A stretch of 64,000 nucleotides of DNA, taken from the NCBI GenBank assembly GCA_964645645.1, contig CAZYBC010000001.1, forward strand, positions 6,064 through 70,063, written 5' to 3'. This document shows positions 57,867 to 64,000 of this stretch, piece after piece; position 1 is the first letter of the stretch, and every line of letters starts with the position of its first letter. The position numbers were made by a program, and so were the translations under genes. Below the pieces are notes generated by a model that was not told the origin of the DNA, searched no databases, and saw only the letters and a list, made by a program, of their open reading frames with translations. Source of the DNA: an uncultured Pseudomonadales bacterium (lineage in GTDB: Bacteria; Patescibacteriota; Microgenomatia; UBA1400; PJMF01).

Positions 57867-57969
57867 GCATTCATAGTTCAATAGGATAGAATAGGGTTTT
57901 GACTAAGGACATAATCTATTTATGATTTTAGTTAAGCCTCAGCTGGCAGTTCGAATCTGCCTGAATGCA
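57867..57969 (+). other. Non-canonical tRNA-like element, possibly a pseudo-tRNA or att remnant.
   Basis: Canonical T-arm GGCAG-TTCGAAT-CTGCC followed by TGAATGC + A. A perfect 7-nt complement, GCATTCA, lies 95 nt upstream. The D-arm and anticodon arm cannot be folded canonically. The total is 103 nt. Confidence 0.4.
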
Positions 57970-58037
57970 CAATACTTAAGCAACATACAATTTACTCATA
58001 TGTTCTAGTAAAAAACCGCTTAAAATCTTACATTAAA

Positions 58038-59630
58038 ATGACAAAAATATTAAAAACACCAACTTCAAACACTAGCAAAGAACAAGAACGTGCCGAATTG
58101 CACCGAACTATCTGGCAAATTGCCAATGATCTACGTGGGAGTGTTGATGGTTGGGATTTTAAATCATATGTATTAGGAATGCTTTTTTACCGCTTTATTA
58201 GTGAAAATCTAACTAACTATATTAATGATGACGAACGCCGTTCTGGAAGCTTAAACTTTGACTATGCAAAACTTACAGACAAAGAAGCAGAATTTGGTCG
58301 GACCGATACTGTAAAAGAAAAAGGCTTCTATATTTTACCCAGCGAATTGTTTGTTAACGTCTGCAAGAAAGCCAAAAACGACAAAAATCTTAATGAGACA
58401 CTAGCAAAAATTTTTGCGAACATTGAAAATTCAGCTAAAGGTTCAACAAGCGAAGATGATCTCAAAGGTTTATTTGCTGACTTAGACGTTAACTCAAGTA
58501 AACTTGGCAATACTGTTGAACACCGCAATCAAAAACTGGTTAAGATTATTGAGGCAGTCAGCAATCTTCGCCTTGGCAATTACTCAGACCATACCATTGA
58601 TGCTTTTGGAGACGCTTACGAATTTTTAATGACCATGTATGCCTCTAATGCTGGTAAATCTGGAGGTGAATTTTATACACCTCAAGAAGTAAGTGAATTA
58701 CTGGCAGAAATTACTACCGTTGGTAAAAAAGAAGTCAATAAAGTTTATGACCCGGCTTGTGGCTCTGGTTCTCTGCTTCTTAAATTTGCCAAAGTGCTTG
58801 GTAAAGAAAATGTCCGCCAAGGATTTTTTGGCCAAGAAATTAATCTCACTACTTACAACTTATGTCGCATCAACATGTTTTTGCACGACATTAATTACAA
58901 TAATTTTGATATTGCCCTTGGCGATACTTTGCTTGAACCAAAACATTGGGATGATGAACCATTTGATGCAATTGTATCCAATCCTCCCTATTCAATTAAA
59001 TGGGAAGGAGATGCTAATCCGCTTCTTATCAATGATCCCCGCTTCTCACCGGCTGGAGTACTCGCCCCAAAAGGCAAGGCTGATTTAGCTTTTACCATGC
59101 ACATGCTTTCCTGGTTATCTACCGGTGGTACAGCCGCAATTGTTGAATTCCCAGGAGTTCTTTACCGCGGAGGAGCTGAACAAAAAATTAGAAAATATCT
59201 TCTTGAAAATAACTATGTCGATACAGTCATTCAATTGCCACCAGATTTGTTTTTTGGGACTACAATTGCAACTTGTGTCATTGTCCTTAAAAAAAGCAAA
59301 AAAGATAATAAAACTTTGTTTATTGACGCTTCAAAAGAATTTATCAGAAATGGCAATAAAAATAAATTAAGCGAAACAAACCGTCAAAAAATTTTAGAAG
59401 CCTTTATGGCTCGTCAAGATAGCAAATATTTTGCCAAATTAGTGGATAACAAAGCAATTGCAGAGAATGAGTACAACATCTCGGTTTCTAGCTATGTGGA
59501 ACAGGAAGATACACGAGAAGTAATTGATATTACCAAGTTGAATGCTGAGATAAAGCAGATTGTGGCTAGACAACAAGAGCTAAGGTTAGCGATTGATGGA
59601 ATAGTAAAGGATATTGAAGGAAAAGATTAA
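58038..59630 (+). CDS. hsdM: Type I restriction-modification N6-adenine DNA methyltransferase subunit M.
   Basis: HsdM N-terminal domain, the SAM motif DPACGSGSLL, and the catalytic NPPY (IVSNPPYSIKW). Confidence 0.9.
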   Translation: MTKILKTPTSNTSKEQERAELHRTIWQIANDLRGSVDGWDFKSYVLGMLFYRFISENLTNYINDDERRSGSLNFDYAKLTDKEAEFGRTDTVKEKGFYILPSELFVNVCKKAKNDKNLNETLAKIFANIENSAKGSTSEDDLKGLFADLDVNSSKLGNTVEHRNQKLVKIIEAVSNLRLGNYSDHTIDAFGDAYEFLMTMYASNAGKSGGEFYTPQEVSELLAEITTVGKKEVNKVYDPACGSGSLLLKFAKVLGKENVRQGFFGQEINLTTYNLCRINMFLHDINYNNFDIALGDTLLEPKHWDDEPFDAIVSNPPYSIKWEGDANPLLINDPRFSPAGVLAPKGKADLAFTMHMLSWLSTGGTAAIVEFPGVLYRGGAEQKIRKYLLENNYVDTVIQLPPDLFFGTTIATCVIVLKKSKKDNKTLFIDASKEFIRNGNKNKLSETNRQKILEAFMARQDSKYFAKLVDNKAIAENEYNISVSSYVEQEDTREVIDITKLNAEIKQIVARQQELRLAIDGIVKDIEGKD

Positions 59631-59635
59631 AAACT

Positions 59636-61921
59636 ATGGAAATCAAAAGTATAAAAGAAATAAAAAACATTGGCATATTTGCAAATTTTGCAAATGGAGC
59701 AACTTTTCGCTTTGATGAAAAGATTACTTTTATTTATGGATTAAATACTTTTGGAAAGACTACACTTACGGATATTTTTCAATCTTTAAAAGACAATAAC
59801 TCAAATATAATAAATTCAAGAAGAACAATCCCCACACAACAAGGAAATCAAAAAGTAGTAATCTCAATATTTGATCAAAATCCTCCTGAAAAAGATTTAA
59901 TATTTCAAAACAATAATTGGGGACAAAATAGCTTATCAGAACATCTTGAAGTTTTTGGAACAGAATTTATTCATAGGAATCTATTTACAGGGTTATCTAT
60001 TGAAAGAGAAAATAAGGAGAATTTTACAGATTTTATTTTAGGAGAAGAAGGAGCAAAAATCGCTGAAAATATAGAAAATGATAAAAAAATTCTCGGGGAA
60101 AAGACAAGAAATAAAATAAATAAATTACCAAGGTTCATTAAAGAAAAATCAGAAAAAGAAATTACAGATTTTTTAAAGTTGGATATTTCAAGTTTAGATA
60201 AAAACAAAATTGAAGCAGATTTATTTAAATTAAAAACCGAAAAACAGGAAGAAGAAAGAAGATTGAAAGAACCTCAAAAAATTCTTAATTTAGAAAATCC
60301 AATTAAAGTAGTAATTCCTGAATTTACAATTTTAGAGAATTTAGAAAAAATAAATGATTATCTACAAAAAAATTATTCAAATATTAAAGAAAAGTTTTTA
60401 AAACGTTTAAACGAACATATAAATGAAAATTCTCTAAATCAAGATATCGCTGAAAACTGGATAAAACAAGGTTTTCATAATACAAAAGATAAAAACGGTA
60501 ATTGCTTGTTTTGTGGTCAGCCTTTAGTAAATGCAAAATATATTATTAATCTTTACGATAAATATTTTGATGTAAATTATTCAAACTATATCACGGAAAT
60601 AGAAACAGGTCTTAAAACAGAATTTAAAAATATTGAAAGTGCTTATTTTAACTTTCAAATTAAATTTACAAATCAATTTACTAGTGCTTCAAAATTTAAA
60701 GAGCTTATTTTAGATCAGTCATTTCAGGAGATATTAAATAATTTTGAAAAAAAACTTAAATGTATTAGTGATGATTCATTGGAAAATCAAAGGAAAATGC
60801 TAATACAAGCTATTAAAAAGAAAGCTGAACAGAAAAACAAAAAACCTTATATTTCAATAGATAAAATTAGTTTTGATGAATTTAAAAATAATCTGCAATC
60901 CTATATTAAATACTTGGCAGAAATAAATGATTTAATTGAAGAAACAGAGGAAAATATAAATAGTTTTAAAGAACAATACAAAGACACTTCAAAAATAACA
61001 GGCAAAATAAATGAGTTAAAGAAAAATATTGAAATTTTAGAATATCAAAAAGCAAGAATAGATCAAAACAAAGATTGTGAAGTTTATTTACAGGAAATTA
61101 AAGATATTAAAATTTTAAGCAAAAAAATTGATGAAAATAGGAAAAATCTCGAAGATAATCAAGATGAGTATTTAAAAAAATATTTTGTAAAAATAAACGA
61201 ATTATTTAAAAAATTTGGAAGTCATAATTTCATACTTGATAAAGTACAAGAAAACTTAGGGAATAAACCAGTTTATACTCTAAAAGTTAAATTTCATAAT
61301 CAAGAAATTTCAAATGAACAAATGAAAACTGTTTTTAGTGAGTCAGATAGAAGAGCTTTGGCTTTATCAATATTTTGGGCAAAAATTGAACTAAAAAAAG
61401 AAGTAGAAAAGCAAAAAACAATTGTTGTTTTAGATGATCCGATTACTAGTTTTGATGATAATAGAACGATGAATTTTATTTATTATATTAAAGATAATCT
61501 GCAAGAACTAAAGCAAATAATTATTTTTACTCATTACAATAAATTTCTATCAGATTACAATAAATTCACACAAGAAAAACACAAAACATATAAAATAGTA
61601 AGTGGAGGGAAACTAGATAATTTTGATTTAGATACTTTTTTAAAGAGCGAGTATGTTCAAACACTTGAAAAAATAGAAAACTTTATTAATGGAAAATCTA
61701 AAATTGATCCTGCGATTTTTAGATCATTTATTGATGTTTTATATAAACCTATATTTTCTGGAATAACACCAAATAACATTATTAATGATTTATATACAAA
61801 ATGTTGTACATTTAATCACAATGGTTTTAATTATGAACAAGAAGAAGAGAATGTAAGAAATTTTGCAAAAGAAATGAAAGAAAAACTTTATTCTTTTGAA
61901 TATAGAAATAATTCCGATTAA
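59636..61921 (+). CDS. AAA_13-family ATPase (PrrC/RloC-like) inserted between hsdM and hsdS. Candidate anticodon-nuclease or abortive-infection ATPase.
   Basis: N-terminal Walker A GLNTFGKTT. A central CxxC (GNCLFCGQPL) sits within a predicted coiled-coil. Walker B TIVVLDDPITSFD and H-loop IIIFTHYNKF are present. 761 aa. It sits in the classic hsdM-x-hsdS position. Confidence 0.6.
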   Translation: MEIKSIKEIKNIGIFANFANGATFRFDEKITFIYGLNTFGKTTLTDIFQSLKDNNSNIINSRRTIPTQQGNQKVVISIFDQNPPEKDLIFQNNNWGQNSLSEHLEVFGTEFIHRNLFTGLSIERENKENFTDFILGEEGAKIAENIENDKKILGEKTRNKINKLPRFIKEKSEKEITDFLKLDISSLDKNKIEADLFKLKTEKQEEERRLKEPQKILNLENPIKVVIPEFTILENLEKINDYLQKNYSNIKEKFLKRLNEHINENSLNQDIAENWIKQGFHNTKDKNGNCLFCGQPLVNAKYIINLYDKYFDVNYSNYITEIETGLKTEFKNIESAYFNFQIKFTNQFTSASKFKELILDQSFQEILNNFEKKLKCISDDSLENQRKMLIQAIKKKAEQKNKKPYISIDKISFDEFKNNLQSYIKYLAEINDLIEETEENINSFKEQYKDTSKITGKINELKKNIEILEYQKARIDQNKDCEVYLQEIKDIKILSKKIDENRKNLEDNQDEYLKKYFVKINELFKKFGSHNFILDKVQENLGNKPVYTLKVKFHNQEISNEQMKTVFSESDRRALALSIFWAKIELKKEVEKQKTIVVLDDPITSFDDNRTMNFIYYIKDNLQELKQIIIFTHYNKFLSDYNKFTQEKHKTYKIVSGGKLDNFDLDTFLKSEYVQTLEKIENFINGKSKIDPAIFRSFIDVLYKPIFSGITPNNIINDLYTKCCTFNHNGFNYEQEEENVRNFAKEMKEKLYSFEYRNNSD

Positions 61922-61924
61922 ACT

Positions 61925-63154
61925 ATGCCAACTCACCAATCCAAAATCGACCGCCTCATTAGCGACCTTTGTCCCAACGGTGTTGAGTATAAAACCCTGG
62001 GTGAGATAGGAACTTTCGTTCGAGGTAGCGGTTTACAAAAAACTAACTTTACTGAAACTGGAGTAGGATGCATTCACTATGGTCAAATCTACACCTACTA
62101 CAAATTATTTACTAAAAAGACAAAATCTTTTGTATCTTCTGAGCTTGCAGATAAATTAAAAAAGGTTCAAAAAGGAAACCTTGTAATTGCTTGTACTAGT
62201 GAAAATGTTGAAGATGTATGTAAATCTATTGTTTGGCTTGGGGATAAAGATATAGTTACTGGTGGTCACTCAACTATTTTTAAACACAACGAGAACCCGT
62301 TATACGTTGCTTATTTTTTTCAATCTAAAAATTTTTTTGATCAGAAAACAAAATACGTTAAGGGTACCAAAGTAATAGAAATGTCAGCTAAAGACTTGGC
62401 TAAAATAAAAATCCCCCTTCCTCCCCTTCTAATTCAAGCCGAAATCGTCAAAATTCTTGATAATTTTACAGAGCTGGAAGCAGAGCTGGAAGCAGAGCTG
62501 GAAGCAAGGAAGAAGCAATATGAGTACTATCGAGCAAGCTTGTTTGGAGTTAAAGATGCTATTTATAAAAACTTAGGGGATGTGTGTTATATAACATCTG
62601 GGGGGACTCCATCTAAATTAAAAAAGGAATATTGGGATAGTGGGGATATTCCTTGGATAAAATCTGAATCATGTAAAAATCAACCTGTGTATTCAGCGAC
62701 AAACTTTATAGCCGCAGATGGTTTGAAGAACTCTGGTGCCAAACTATTAGATTCTGATACCACGTTAATGGCTCTTGTTGGTGCAACCATTTTTAAAACC
62801 GCATTTTTAGAATTTAAAGCCAGCACAAATCAAAATATTGCGAGTATTAAGTCAAAAGATAAATTAATATTGAAGGATAAGTTCATCTTTTATTATTTAA
62901 CTCAACTTTATTTCGATTTAAAAAATAAAATGAAAAATTATGGAATGCTCAATTTAACAACACTAAGATCATTTAAAATTCCCATACCACCAATTAAAGA
63001 ACAACAACGCATCGTTTCCATTCTCGATAAATTTGACGCCCTCGTTAACGATATCTCTATTGGCCTACCAGCCGAACTTAGTGCAAGACGACAACAATAC
63101 GAGTATTATCGAAATAAGCTGCTGACATTTAAACCATTAAAAAATTATGCCTAA
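61925..63154 (+). CDS. hsdS: Type I restriction-modification specificity subunit S, with two target-recognition domains.
   Basis: Two TRDs are separated by the conserved spacers LPPLLIQAEIVKILD...KKQYEYYR and LPAELSARRQQYEYYRNKLL. The central region contains the tandem ELEAELEAELEA. Confidence 0.88.
   Translation: MPTHQSKIDRLISDLCPNGVEYKTLGEIGTFVRGSGLQKTNFTETGVGCIHYGQIYTYYKLFTKKTKSFVSSELADKLKKVQKGNLVIACTSENVEDVCKSIVWLGDKDIVTGGHSTIFKHNENPLYVAYFFQSKNFFDQKTKYVKGTKVIEMSAKDLAKIKIPLPPLLIQAEIVKILDNFTELEAELEAELEARKKQYEYYRASLFGVKDAIYKNLGDVCYITSGGTPSKLKKEYWDSGDIPWIKSESCKNQPVYSATNFIAADGLKNSGAKLLDSDTTLMALVGATIFKTAFLEFKASTNQNIASIKSKDKLILKDKFIFYYLTQLYFDLKNKMKNYGMLNLTTLRSFKIPIPPIKEQQRIVSILDKFDALVNDISIGLPAELSARRQQYEYYRNKLLTFKPLKNYA
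62471..62506 (+). repeat. Perfect 12-bp tandem repeat x3 (GAGCTGGAAGCA) inside hsdS.
   Basis: Read directly from the sequence. It encodes (ELEA)3 in the central conserved spacer of HsdS. Confidence 0.95.
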
Positions 63155-63953
63155 AATAACCGTACAACAAACAGAAATTTCAATCCTTACTAAGCTCGGA
63201 AATGATTATATTTCTTTGACTGATATTGCAAAATATAAGAGTGATGATCCAACTGCAACAATTTCAAACTGGATGAGAAATCGTAATACTATCGAATATT
63301 TGGGCATCTGGGAGACCTTATATAATTCTGAGTTTAAACCCCTCGAATTCGAGGGGTTTAGAAAACAAGCAGGACTCAATGCTTTTACTATATCACCTCA
63401 AAAATGGATAGAAAAAACGAATGCAAAAGGAATCATCTCCAAATCAGGTCGCTATGGAGGCACCTATGCTCATAAAGATATTGCCTTAAAATTTGCTGCC
63501 TGGATTTCTATTGAATTTGAACTGTACTTTATAAAAGAATTTCAAAGACTTAAAGAGGCAGAGCAAAAACAGCTCGGTTGGTCGGCCAAACGTGAATTGG
63601 CTAAAATCAATTATCATATCCACACCGATGCCATCAAGAAAAATCTTATCCCACCAAAGCTTACTAAAGCTCAAATTAACTTTGTTTATGCCAACGAAGC
63701 CGACGTGCTTAACGTTGCTTTATTTGGCATAACTGCCAAACAATGGCGAGATATTAATGCTAATTTAAAAGGTAACATTCGCGACTACGCCAATATTCAT
63801 CAACTGATTTGTTTGTCTAACCTAGAAAATCTTAATGCCGTTTTTATTAACGATAAATTACCTCAAAGTGAACGTTTGGAAAAACTAAACAATATTGCCA
63901 TCGGCCAAATGAAAGTGTTACAAGAAATAGAAGGAAGAAAATTACTCAAATAA
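63147..63953 (+). CDS. KilA-N/Bro-N-like domain protein.
   Basis: N-terminal YISLTDIAKY...ISNWMRNRNTIEYLGIWE resembles the KilA-N domain. It overlaps the hsdS stop. Confidence 0.45.
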   Translation: MPKITVQQTEISILTKLGNDYISLTDIAKYKSDDPTATISNWMRNRNTIEYLGIWETLYNSEFKPLEFEGFRKQAGLNAFTISPQKWIEKTNAKGIISKSGRYGGTYAHKDIALKFAAWISIEFELYFIKEFQRLKEAEQKQLGWSAKRELAKINYHIHTDAIKKNLIPPKLTKAQINFVYANEADVLNVALFGITAKQWRDINANLKGNIRDYANIHQLICLSNLENLNAVFINDKLPQSERLEKLNNIAIGQMKVLQEIEGRKLLK

Positions 63954-64000
63954 CTATGTCAAATCAAATAACTTATTACAACTTGGTTGCACAAGGATCT

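Noticed and set aside
1-64000. CRISPR arrays and rRNA genes.
   Set aside because: No regularly spaced direct repeats with unique spacers were seen. No stretches resemble 16S/23S/5S conserved cores.
63957-64000. ATG at 63957 opening an ORF (MSNQITYYNLVAQGS...) that runs off the window.
   Set aside because: Only 14 codons are visible. That is insufficient evidence to call a gene or assign a function.

Overview
The window is AT-rich bacterial chromosome with small genes, short intergenic spacers and a mix of Gram-positive-like and lineage-specific (DUF) proteins. This looks like a reduced-genome bacterium, possibly Patescibacteria/CPR-like; that is an inference from gene content. The standard genetic code is used: an RF2 gene (prfB, SPF motif) is present and TGA serves as a stop.

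Core content (about 6.6–57.6 kb):
- Housekeeping genes include rpoD, map, an M29 aminopeptidase, a UvrD-like helicase-nuclease, dus, recA, rny, secG, murF, an ftsE/ftsX/M23 peptidase operon, mnmA and two NUDIX hydrolases.
- Several glycosyltransferases and envelope genes (FemAB-like, DegT-like aminotransferase, DUF4012) are also present.
- Five tRNA genes were folded by hand: Asn-GTT, Ser-TGA, Pro-GGG, Ser-GCT and Ser-GGA.

Two accessory regions stand out:
1. The left about 6.5 kb is visibly G+C-richer than the rest. It carries a truncated-by-window type I restriction enzyme R subunit (HsdR), HTH and zinc-ribbon proteins, and a large serine recombinase. The recombinase ORF ends 12 bp inside the 3' end of tRNA-Asn. 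This is the signature of an integrated element.
2. The right about 6 kb is a type I restriction-modification locus: hsdM, an RloC/PrrC-like AAA_13 ATPase carrying a CxxC motif, hsdS, and a KilA-N-like gene. hsdS contains a perfect 12-bp x3 tandem repeat (ELEA x3) in its central spacer region. The locus sits next to a non-canonical tRNA-like element.

The most unusual thing I found is a family of hairpin-forming, MITE/REP-like dispersed repeats with about 30-bp terminal inverted repeats (AGACTTACTGCGAAATAAAATTTCGTAGCG). At least four copies of 35, 37, 76 and 219 bp lie in intergenic positions. One abuts a tRNA-Ser. One supplies the last codons and stop of an MFS transporter gene.

Other items:
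- A perfect 21-bp palindrome lies between a nucleoside-2-deoxyribosyltransferase-like/RHH fusion gene and a lone GTP-cyclohydrolase-II homolog.
- A 15-bp direct repeat of the tRNA-Ser(GGA) 3' end brackets a structured 236-bp G+C-richer segment.
- An extremely AT-rich GT2 / Cys-cluster protein cassette lies at 44.3–47.7 kb.

No CRISPR array and no rRNA genes were seen.
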